Positions 28,794 through 37,227 of a stretch of 64,000 nt of DNA are shown in pieces. The notes under the pieces are model-generated. The model was not told the DNA's origin. It was given only the letters and a program-made list of their open reading frames with translations, and made no database searches. Every line of letters begins with the position of its first letter. Positions within the stretch are counted from its first letter, which is position 1. This DNA is from an uncultured Candidatus Saccharibacteria bacterium. Its GTDB lineage: Bacteria; Patescibacteriota; Minisyncoccia; SW-4-49-11. Position numbers and translations under genes: made by a program. The DNA lies in assembly GCA_964646465.1 (NCBI GenBank), contig CAZYEN010000029.1, forward strand, positions 2,670 to 66,669, given 5' to 3'.

Positions 28794-30239
28794 TTATAAA
28801 AAAAACTTTTTACGAATGATTTCATCCTGTTCTCTTTGCTTTTCTTCGATTAAATTGATGGCTTTAATTTTGAGGTCTTTTAGGTCTTGGGTGGCAAGTG
28901 CTTGGGATTGTGATTTGAGGTATTCAATATAATTTTTACTAGGGTCCTCTAAAATTTCAGCTAATAGCACATTGAGAATTATTCCTATAATTGGCCCAGG
29001 TTTAATATTGAGTTCATTTATCAAGATATTGCCATCAATTTTGAGCATGGATAAATCTATTGGGTCTAATAAAACCTTCTCAGTCATATATTCAAAGTGA
29101 CGTAGGCGATAGGGGCGGGCCTTTGGCGTACCTGATCCTATACGATCACATTCTCGCAGTTTAATCAAGTCTTTGATATTCTCAGCCCCTACATTACGTA
29201 CTAATTTACGAATTGAGGTCTCTGTAACTTCATTAGTATCATAGTAAAACATATGGTATCTAACTAGTTTAGAGATTCTAGCTGAAAACTTTTTGGGATA
29301 ATGTAATCTGTTCAAAATATCATAAGCCATACTGGCTCCTACTATTTCATGATTATGAAAGGTACAAGTTTTCCCAATACCTTCTTTGGTGCGGGGTTTG
29401 GCAATATCGTGTAGTAATCCGGCCATTCTTAAATCAAAACTCCAATCCATATCACAAGCATGTTGCATAGTTCGTAGTAAATGTTCCCATACGTCATAAA
29501 TATGATGCCCATTTTGCTCTACTCCAATACCTTCCTCTAGTTCTGGCATAATGTAGTGTAGTAGTCTGCTATCTCTGAGCAGAATATATCCATTCATAGC
29601 TCGCGGAGTCAGCATCATTTTGGTGAGTTCATCCCGAATTCTCTCTTGAGCAATATGTTTTAGATTTGGTGCTAACTGTTGTATAGCCTGTAAGGTTTTA
29701 GATTCAATCACAAAATCTAATTGCACAGCAAATCTCACAGCTCGCATTAGTCTCAAGGCATCTTCATTAAATCTATCTTGGGGCTCTCCCACCGTACGGA
29801 TGATTTTGGCTTGAAGGTCATCTAAACCTCCAAAAAAATCCTGAATTTCACCTTGTCTATTCATTGCAAGAGCATTTACAGTAAAATCTCGACGAGCTAG
29901 GTCTTGAGATAGTTCAGACACAAATTCTACTTGCTCAGGGTGTCTATTATCTGTATATTGAGACTCCTCACGGTAGGTTGTAACTTCAATAATCTCCACC
30001 GATTCATCAGGACGGCGATATTTTACCCCCACTGTGCCAAAAGTATTCTCATACACAGAGTCGGGGAATAGCTCTTGAATTTGTACAGGTAGGGCATTGG
30101 TAGTAATGTCCCAGTCTACGGGAGTTTTATTACCTAATACTAAATCTCTCACACTACCTCCAACGATAAAAGCCTCAAAACCAGCTTCTTCTAATGTGTG
30201 CAGGATGAAAAGTATGTGATTCGGTATATTATAATTCAT
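28794..30239 (-). CDS. cca: CCA-adding tRNA nucleotidyltransferase / polyA polymerase family with HD domain
   Basis: VGGSVRD, DWDIT, RRDFTVNA, EDALRLMRAVRF, LLHDIAKP. Confidence 0.92.
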   Translation of the reverse strand: MNYNIPNHILFILHTLEEAGFEAFIVGGSVRDLVLGNKTPVDWDITTNALPVQIQELFPDSVYENTFGTVGVKYRRPDESVEIIEVTTYREESQYTDNRHPEQVEFVSELSQDLARRDFTVNALAMNRQGEIQDFFGGLDDLQAKIIRTVGEPQDRFNEDALRLMRAVRFAVQLDFVIESKTLQAIQQLAPNLKHIAQERIRDELTKMMLTPRAMNGYILLRDSRLLHYIMPELEEGIGVEQNGHHIYDVWEHLLRTMQHACDMDWSFDLRMAGLLHDIAKPRTKEGIGKTCTFHNHEIVGASMAYDILNRLHYPKKFSARISKLVRYHMFYYDTNEVTETSIRKLVRNVGAENIKDLIKLRECDRIGSGTPKARPYRLRHFEYMTEKVLLDPIDLSMLKIDGNILINELNIKPGPIIGIILNVLLAEILEDPSKNYIEYLKSQSQALATQDLKDLKIKAINLIEEKQREQDEIIRKKFFL

Positions 30240-30258
30240 AAAAATTTTTGATAAATTG

Positions 30259-30335
30259 TGGAGCCAATGGTGGGGATCGAACCCACGACCTATGCGTTAC
30301 GAATGCATTGCTCTACCAGACTAAGCTACATTGGC
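30259..30335 (-). tRNA. tRNA-Thr(CGT) with encoded CCA
   Basis: GCCAATG acceptor stem, anticodon arm ATGCA-TTCGTAA-CGCAT, GGTTCGATCC T-arm, 3' TCCA. Confidence 0.95.
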
Positions 30336-30377
30336 GCACTTTTAGTATAGTCTAAAATAGCTATTAGAGCAATATAT

Positions 30378-30412
30378 AAATAAAAGCCCCCGACTATCTT
30401 AGTGGGGGCTTT
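30378..30412 (-). terminator. Intrinsic terminator; stop of 30394..30741 lies in its loop
   Basis: aaagccccc...gggggcttt preceded by aaataa. Confidence 0.7.
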
Positions 30413-30741
30413 AATCTTTGAATTCTTGTGTTTGACCTTAATAATTTTGTATTTCTACGTATCAACTTGTCAATTAGACGATATATATTATCATCTAGTA
30501 AGATTGATATTTGAGGCATCTCAGAACATTGTTCTATTTGGTGGCGAATATGACTTATTGCAGAGTCTATAGTATTAATAGAGTTTCCACTTTTACCAAT
30601 ATCTCGTTGATCATTTTGAGTGATTATCTTTTCTAAACCTGATAAACTAGAAACTGAGATAGTCTTGGATTCTTTAGCTCTTTGTAATAGTTGAAGAATT
30701 TTATTCCATTGTTTATATGAATAAGTGCGTGAGGTCGACAT
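30394..30741 (-). CDS. Orphan hypothetical protein
   Basis: ORF with AGAGGA upstream of ATG, a TTGACA further upstream and its own terminator. Confidence 0.6.
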   Translation of the reverse strand: MSTSRTYSYKQWNKILQLLQRAKESKTISVSSLSGLEKIITQNDQRDIGKSGNSINTIDSAISHIRHQIEQCSEMPQISILLDDNIYRLIDKLIRRNTKLLRSNTRIQRLKPPLR

Positions 30742-30809
30742 GAGACTTTCCTCTGTAGATTGGTATTTAGACTATCAAAATCTAAGTTTTATGTCAAATT
30801 ATGATTTAT

Positions 30810-30945
30810 GTCCTCCTTTGGAGGAGGTGGCACGAAGTGGCGGTGGTGTATTAGGTTTAATATTATTACAAACAAGTGTTTATTTTAGTATTTCAAAATT
30901 TATCCACCCTCCCCCTACGGGTACTCCCTCCGAAGGGAGACAAAA
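30810..30945. repeat. Inverted doublet of family X elements (30810-30849 +, 30902-30945 -) with AT-rich spacer, REPIN-like
   Basis: cctcctttggaggaggtggcacgaagtggcggtgg and ccaccctccccctacgggtactccctccgaagggagac. Confidence 0.75.
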
Positions 30946-30955
30946 TATCAAATAC

Positions 30956-31014
30956 AGGAGACTGCAAGGTCGCCCCTACGGAAAAACATTATGGAGGGGT
31001 AAACCCTCCGCTAC
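30956..31014 (-). repeat. Two GTAG-type REPs
   Basis: GTAGGGGCGACCTTGCAGTCTCCT (30979-30956) and GTAGC-GGAGGG-TTTAC-CCCTCC (31014-30993). Confidence 0.7.
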
Positions 31015-31017
31015 GAG

Positions 31018-31046
31018 AAAAAAAAGCCCCGCTGAGTGCGGGGCTT
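31018..31046 (-). terminator. Intrinsic terminator of 31066..31632, similar to 722-747
   Basis: A-run then aagccccgc-tgagt-gcggggctt. Confidence 0.8.
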
Positions 31047-31065
31047 GAGTTGTAGGATCGGTGTC

Positions 31066-31632
31066 TCAGGAAGCCATGAGATCAAACAGAAGTTGGTACC
31101 ATTGATCGAGACCATCATTCAGGAGCTCCAATGCTTGGTCATCGATCACCTCCATCACTGGGGGGTGAGGTTTCCCGATGATGGCTGGTTTGCTACCTAG
31201 TTCTTCTCGGACACTCTCCCAATATGAGGCCGTCTTAGTTGAAAGCTGGAAACGTTCTCCAAGGAAGGTGGTATCCATTGAGGGCACCTGCCCAGGTAGG
31301 GTTCTATTAAACTCATTCCGCTCCTCCTGAGCGGCGAGAGACACCAAAGCCTCACGGGCTTTGGTGGCCTGCCCGTAATCAATACGGGCTAGATCCCGTT
31401 CGAGCTCTATGAGCTCAGCACTTCTGTCGCACCAAGGCGACACAAGTCGGTAAAATTCCACCAGCTGAGTGAGAGGAGTTCCTCCATGACTACGGAGAGA
31501 TAGGGCAGTATGAGTCCCTGTAGCTTTCTTCTTCAAGTGTTCCAGCTTCTGCTCCACTTGAGCAGAAGAGGTTCCTAGCGAGCGAAGTCGCTGAGGAATA
31601 TGAAAATTGGAGAGGACTGTGGTGATAGCCAT
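31066..31632 (-). CDS. GC-rich orphan hypothetical protein
   Basis: ATG 31632 with AAGGAG; promoter TTGACA-17-TATGGT just upstream. Confidence 0.7.
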   Translation of the reverse strand: MAITTVLSNFHIPQRLRSLGTSSAQVEQKLEHLKKKATGTHTALSLRSHGGTPLTQLVEFYRLVSPWCDRSAELIELERDLARIDYGQATKAREALVSLAAQEERNEFNRTLPGQVPSMDTTFLGERFQLSTKTASYWESVREELGSKPAIIGKPHPPVMEVIDDQALELLNDGLDQWYQLLFDLMAS

Positions 31633-31711
31633 TAGGCTAACTCCTTGTAAAATGTACAGAATTAACCATACCACAAAATCAACAAAATGTCAATATATAT
31701 AGACAAATATT

Positions 31712-33127
31712 TTAAGATTTTATAATTACACTTTGCCCGTCTTTATCCTGGATGGTATAGCCTAAATTAGATAATTCTTGTCTTAGTTTGTCAGCTTGTG
31801 CAAAGTCTTTATTAGCTCGAGCTTGATTGCGTTGATTAAAAATTTCTACTATCTCAGCGGGGATTGAGGTTTTGGTGAGGGGTAAATCTAGAGCCAGTAC
31901 TCGCTCTAATCTCTGGAACAATTTGAGTATATGGCGTCTTGGGATGGGCTCTTGTGCGTCTATTGCTGTGTTGACTTCTTTTATAAACTCAAACATAAAA
32001 GCAATAGCCTTTGGGGAGTCTAGGTCAGAGAATAGGGATTTTTTGAAATTATTATAAGTATCTCGGATTAATTTTTGGAGTTTTGGGTTTTTGCGATGGG
32101 GTTTGACTAAATTCACTCTATTAATAAAGTCTATAATTCGCTGGCGTGTTTGTTTGGCTTGCTGTAATGATTCCCAAGAAAAATCTATATCGGAGCGATA
32201 ATGTGCCATCAAGACCAATAATCTTAAATCTAATGGGGAATAGCCTTGAGTAATAATATCATCTAGGGTTATAAAAGTTCCCGCTGATTTTGACATCTTA
32301 TCTGTGTTGATAGTTAGAAAATAGTTATGAAGCCAATAATTAGCCATTGTCTTGCCAGTATCTGCTTTGAACTGAGCTATTTCATTAGTATGATGAATTG
32401 GGATATGGTCTTTGCCTCCTGTATGTATGTCAAATGGTGCATGAAGCAAGGAATCTGCCATTACCACACATTCAGAATGCCAACCAGGGAATCCAATACC
32501 CCAAGGGCTATTCCATTCCATTTGTCTTGTCTCTCCTTTAGGTGAGAACTTCCATAGAGCAAAATCTGAGGGGGATTTTTTCTCTCCCATCTCAACTCTA
32601 GCTCCAGCCTCTTGAGCTTGTAATTTTAAGTGAGCAAAGTCAGAGTATTCTTGTAATTTGGTAGTATCAAAGTATACTCCATCACTTGTAATATAGGTAT
32701 AGCCCTTTTTTTCTAATCTTTTGATTAAATTTATTTGCTCTCTTATATATTCGGTAGCTTTAGGGTAGTGATCGGATGGAAGTACATTAAGCTTAGCTAG
32801 ATCTTCTTGCCAGAGCTTAGTATATTTGATTGCTACTTCTTGGGCGGTAAGTTGTTCTCTTCTGGCTCCTTTTTCTAATTTATCCTCACCAGTGTCCTCA
32901 TCACTAACTAGATGTCCTACATCAGTAATATTAGTGACGGAGTAGACATTATAATTATGTAATTTTAGAGTTCTTTTGAGTAAGTCGTCAAACAGAGATT
33001 TTCTTAAATTTCCAATATGTTGCCTGTCATACACGGTTGGCCCACAACTATATATAGAGACTCTTTTGGGGTGAATGGGTTTGAATGGTATCACTGCTCG
33101 GGCTGGAGTATTATAAAGTTTAATCAT
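31712..33127 (-). CDS. cysS: Cysteine--tRNA ligase
   Basis: CGPTVY, HIGN, PGWHSEC, KMSKS. Confidence 0.97.
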   Translation of the reverse strand: MIKLYNTPARAVIPFKPIHPKRVSIYSCGPTVYDRQHIGNLRKSLFDDLLKRTLKLHNYNVYSVTNITDVGHLVSDEDTGEDKLEKGARREQLTAQEVAIKYTKLWQEDLAKLNVLPSDHYPKATEYIREQINLIKRLEKKGYTYITSDGVYFDTTKLQEYSDFAHLKLQAQEAGARVEMGEKKSPSDFALWKFSPKGETRQMEWNSPWGIGFPGWHSECVVMADSLLHAPFDIHTGGKDHIPIHHTNEIAQFKADTGKTMANYWLHNYFLTINTDKMSKSAGTFITLDDIITQGYSPLDLRLLVLMAHYRSDIDFSWESLQQAKQTRQRIIDFINRVNLVKPHRKNPKLQKLIRDTYNNFKKSLFSDLDSPKAIAFMFEFIKEVNTAIDAQEPIPRRHILKLFQRLERVLALDLPLTKTSIPAEIVEIFNQRNQARANKDFAQADKLRQELSNLGYTIQDKDGQSVIIKS

Positions 33128-33135
33128 AAAAAAGA

Positions 33136-34779
33136 TTATTGTAATGGATTGGATGTAACTTTATTCGGTGGGCGATATGTAGAGTAGAAGGCATCTCTTT
33201 TTATCATAACATCACCTTCATATATTTCACGATAAGCTACTGTTTTCATTGAGCCATCTGAGCTAGATTCTAAGACAACAGGTTCAATGGTTTTAGCGGT
33301 TCGTCCTGTTGAGGTTCCATAAATTTCATAGTAAAGAATAGTCCCCACAATATAATGTTGAATTAAAATATGGTTGTTAGTATCATTTTGGAACCTAAAA
33401 TCTGGTTTTGGTAAATAAATTGTGGCATCAAGTCCTGGCTTCCCATAGTAATTTACCACATATGAGTGATTTCTTCTCTCTGTAATTTGTAGTCCGGCAT
33501 TCAGTGCAGCTCTAAATAGTGTAGTGGATACTTGGCAAATACCTCCTCCATATTCAGGTATGGTTTTATTCCCTTTTATTACTAGTTCTGGTAAATATCC
33601 ATTGCGAGCATCAACTTTACCTAATGTATTTACAAATGAAAACTCTTCTCCTGGTTTTAGTAGAGTGCTTGAGATTTTATTAGCAGCTACATTAATATTT
33701 CTAACTCTACTTTTACTAGACCCTCTAAAGTTAGATTCACCTTTTCCCAATAAAGTTTTCAGCCCCAGAGCATCAAACTGAGACTCATCAATCAAGGGTG
33801 AGGTTACTGCTACAAATAGTTCAGTTTTAGTGATGCCAGATAAAATATCATTTCTAATCCTCTTAGAACTTTCCTCCATCATTAATTTGGTACCTTCTTT
33901 TCCAGGCTCTAAGATCTCTATTTGTTGAAGTTCAGGATTAAATCTTAATTTAGCATTAACTGGTTGGCTGGTTAGTGTTTTTTGTACGGATTCAAGATAT
34001 TCTTTGATGATGTCTTGGGAAATATCAATTTCTTTAGTTGTCTGATCAATGGTAATCCAAGTAATAATTTCTTCAGGAGGTACTTTTATATTTATATCAT
34101 TAAAGAATATAGTATGTTCTCTTATCATAGAGTCAAGGTCACTTTTTTGAGACTCCCAAGAAGCTGTAGTAATAGCAGGGAGTTCTTTATTAAGTGGAAT
34201 TTCTAACCTAATACTTTCTTCTTTTAGCTTTGCAGTTATAGCGGGAGCAATGTTTTCAACATCCAGACTTTCTCCGGCTTGTTCAGGAATTATAATTATT
34301 ACTCCGTCTTTATAATCTAATTTAGCATCAGCAAGAGTTTTAAGAGCAGGATTTACTTTAGCTCCCAGTGATGATTCCAACACTTCATTGTCACTTGTAT
34401 ATATCCAATTGACATCTGTATCTTGTAGTATATGACTCAGACTAGTTATAATATTACTCTTTCTCTTTATTTTATAGGCTTGTACTAAAGTGTCATCTAT
34501 ATTAAGCTTGATACCCAATTCTTCTAATGTTGTAATATACTCCTGTCCTCCATAAGTTAGAGTAATATTTTTATTACTTAGATTTTTATTCTTTTTATCT
34601 AATATATCGAAAGCCTCTTTTAGATTTTTAGAACTAATATCTAATCCTTGTACTGACACACGAGGATAGACTGAGTCACGATAAGAATAAGCTACTACAC
34701 CAAATACAGTAGATAGGATTAATAATATAAAACTGATAATGATTAATGGTAGCTTAAATTTTTGCACAAATAATTTCAT
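33136..34779 (-). CDS. VanW family protein with peptidoglycan-binding repeats
   Basis: N-terminal TM; GGGICQVSTTLFRAA, ERRNHS, GLDATIY. Confidence 0.9.
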   Translation of the reverse strand: MKLFVQKFKLPLIIISFILLILSTVFGVVAYSYRDSVYPRVSVQGLDISSKNLKEAFDILDKKNKNLSNKNITLTYGGQEYITTLEELGIKLNIDDTLVQAYKIKRKSNIITSLSHILQDTDVNWIYTSDNEVLESSLGAKVNPALKTLADAKLDYKDGVIIIIPEQAGESLDVENIAPAITAKLKEESIRLEIPLNKELPAITTASWESQKSDLDSMIREHTIFFNDINIKVPPEEIITWITIDQTTKEIDISQDIIKEYLESVQKTLTSQPVNAKLRFNPELQQIEILEPGKEGTKLMMEESSKRIRNDILSGITKTELFVAVTSPLIDESQFDALGLKTLLGKGESNFRGSSKSRVRNINVAANKISSTLLKPGEEFSFVNTLGKVDARNGYLPELVIKGNKTIPEYGGGICQVSTTLFRAALNAGLQITERRNHSYVVNYYGKPGLDATIYLPKPDFRFQNDTNNHILIQHYIVGTILYYEIYGTSTGRTAKTIEPVVLESSSDGSMKTVAYREIYEGDVMIKRDAFYSTYRPPNKVTSNPLQ

Positions 34780-34827
34780 ATATAATATATATTTCTAATT
34801 ATAGTTTACTACAGCTTAATTATATTA

Positions 34828-35829
34828 TCAAATAAACTTACCTCTTATTTGACGGAATATTTTATAAAAATTAAAAATAAGTCTTTTATGAATTAAAATT
34901 TGGCTATTTGGGTAATCAATAGTTTTACCTCCAAACTGTTTCTTGAATCTTGAAATTCCTTGCCAAGATTTTTTAGTATTAGATATTCCCCAAAAGTCAT
35001 AGATTCTTTTGCTGATTTTTTTTGCTTCCAAAATAGAATGCCACTGTAATAGGGGAGGAGCCATCAGATTACGATACTGATTACTGGAAGCTCCGTGTAG
35101 ATAAACTCTTTGGTCTAATATATCTAAAATAATATTTGCAGCTAAAACTTTCCCTTCGTGTTCGGCTATAATTAAAGATACTTTTAGGTGAGATGATTCA
35201 CTTTTGAATAAATGTCTGTAATGTGATTTTGAATGAACAGCAAAGTCACCTCGTTCACTAGTTTCTTGTATAAGATTGAAAAATATATCAAAGTATTTAT
35301 TAAACTCAGGTTCATTTATTGTAATTTTTTTAATTTCTACTCCTTTTTTTTGAGCCAATTTAATATTATATCGCATTTTGGAATGCATATTTTTTAGCAA
35401 ATTTTCTTCTGATAAGCTTAAATCTAATATTTGAGTTTGATGGGGAAGTCTTTCTAATGTACTATTTTGAGTATATTTATCAAAAAATTGAATATAATTA
35501 TTATATATATCTTTAGCTGGTTCTAGCAAAGTAAATATAGCATTATACTTTTGAGCTAGTTCTTTAATATTATCCCAAAATTCTTGAATTTGTTTTTGAG
35601 ACAGTTTGTCGGAGTATAAAATTGGACCCCTTGGGATATATAATTGGGTATATCTTGAAATTAATTTATAAACATAAATTTGGGCAAATATTATTATGTT
35701 ATTATTTTTATCTTTTATAATAACTCTCTCTAGAGTCAGATAGTCTGTCCTAATCAACTCTGCCCAATCTAAAAATTGATAATATTCTGATATATTGTCT
35801 GGGGATTTTTGATTAGGGGCTAATATCAT
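34828..35829 (-). CDS. FemABX-family peptidoglycan bridge peptidyltransferase
   Basis: YIPRGP, RYNIKLAQKKGV, YDFWGI, FKKQFGG. Confidence 0.9.
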   Translation of the reverse strand: MILAPNQKSPDNISEYYQFLDWAELIRTDYLTLERVIIKDKNNNIIIFAQIYVYKLISRYTQLYIPRGPILYSDKLSQKQIQEFWDNIKELAQKYNAIFTLLEPAKDIYNNYIQFFDKYTQNSTLERLPHQTQILDLSLSEENLLKNMHSKMRYNIKLAQKKGVEIKKITINEPEFNKYFDIFFNLIQETSERGDFAVHSKSHYRHLFKSESSHLKVSLIIAEHEGKVLAANIILDILDQRVYLHGASSNQYRNLMAPPLLQWHSILEAKKISKRIYDFWGISNTKKSWQGISRFKKQFGGKTIDYPNSQILIHKRLIFNFYKIFRQIRGKFI

Positions 35830-36785
35830 ATTAACTGTGGCTCTAATGTTGTTGCTATTTCAATAATTTCATCCATAGTAGCAAGCCCATTGACTGATCC
35901 TATCTCTCGCAATACTGAGGAGCTTTGTATGATACCCCATTTTAAAGCCTCAGATATATTTTGTGATTGAATAAAATTAGCTAAGAACCCAGCAGCAAAG
36001 GCGTCTCCAGCTCCAGTAGTCTCTCTTTTTTCTACTACTCTAGCTGGTAAATGTAGAATAGTATTATTATCACTAACATAAGCCCCATTATTACCATCAG
36101 TTAGTCCAATAGTTTTGACTCCCATATTATGTAATTTCTGAATCAAGTTAGGAATATGTTCATCAGAAGAATTTAATATATGCTGAGCTTCTTCTTTATT
36201 TAAAAATATCACATCGGCTTTTGGCAAAATTTGATGAATGAAACTCATATTATGTTTGAGTAAATATGATCCTGGATTAAAGGCAATTTTATATGAATAA
36301 TCTGTATTAATTAAGCTTTCTAATAATTTTTCACTACCATTGCTAAGAGATGTAATGTATATCCATTCACTCTCGGGTATAGTTAACCTAGTATAATCTT
36401 TAGGTTTATGATGAGATAAAACCACTCTCTCACCATTAATAGAAAGTATAGTAGATTGATTAATTCCAGAATTTTCACTAGGAATGATATGATCAGTATT
36501 TAAATTAGTGTCTCTAAGAGCTTTTAATACATAAGTAGATATGGAATCAGTACCTATTGAAGCTACAAAAGAGGTTTGAATCCCTAATAAACTTAAGCCA
36601 TAAGTTAAATTATAAGCATTTCCTCCTATATATTCATGCATTTCTGAGATTGGTATTTTATGTCCAATCTCTAAGTTAACCACAAAATTACCAGGATTTA
36701 TATCAGAGGGTACTATATCAATTTTAGGTAATACTAAAAATCTATCTAAGGTTATATCTCCAATTACAGCACATTGATAAGACAT
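35826..36785 (-). CDS. PfkB family carbohydrate kinase
   Basis: GGNAYN, FLNKEEA, TTGAGDAFAAGF. Confidence 0.9.
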   Translation of the reverse strand: MSYQCAVIGDITLDRFLVLPKIDIVPSDINPGNFVVNLEIGHKIPISEMHEYIGGNAYNLTYGLSLLGIQTSFVASIGTDSISTYVLKALRDTNLNTDHIIPSENSGINQSTILSINGERVVLSHHKPKDYTRLTIPESEWIYITSLSNGSEKLLESLINTDYSYKIAFNPGSYLLKHNMSFIHQILPKADVIFLNKEEAQHILNSSDEHIPNLIQKLHNMGVKTIGLTDGNNGAYVSDNNTILHLPARVVEKRETTGAGDAFAAGFLANFIQSQNISEALKWGIIQSSSVLREIGSVNGLATMDEIIEIATTLEPQLI

Positions 36786-36790
36786 ATTAA

Positions 36791-37225
36791 TTATGGGTTA
36801 ATATTAATAATTCTCTCATTTGAATTAATAACTTCAAATTCGATTTTAGTATTAGGGATGTTCTTCCAGAGATTTGGAGTTTTGCTAGCCCATTCGATCA
36901 ACAAAATATTTTTAGTGTTTTGAATCATATCCATAATACCTAAATCTAAAACCTCCCATTCTTGATTCAATCTGTATAAATCAAGATGATAAATTTTATA
37001 GTCAGAATCTGGTATAGAATATGGCTTCATGATTACGAAGGTAGGGCTTGTGACGGGTTGGACTACTCCTAAGCCAGCTAAAAACCCTTGGCTAAAAGTT
37101 GTTTTGCCTCCCCCCAATTCACCCTCTAGTAATACGACATTAGGTTTTTTGTTGTCTAAAACATCTTTAGCTATATCTTTAGCAAGATTTTTAGTTTCAA
37201 CTATAGATTTTGAAATTATTCGCAT
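36791..37225 (-). CDS. tsaE: tRNA t6A biosynthesis ATPase TsaE
   Basis: GELGGGKTT, VTSPTF, HLDLYRL, IEW. Confidence 0.95.
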   Translation of the reverse strand: MRIISKSIVETKNLAKDIAKDVLDNKKPNVVLLEGELGGGKTTFSQGFLAGLGVVQPVTSPTFVIMKPYSIPDSDYKIYHLDLYRLNQEWEVLDLGIMDMIQNTKNILLIEWASKTPNLWKNIPNTKIEFEVINSNERIININP

Positions 37226-37227
37226 AT

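Noticed and set aside
30725-31048. 107-aa plus-strand ORF
   Set aside because: Reads through the REP cluster and a terminator; no protein-like features
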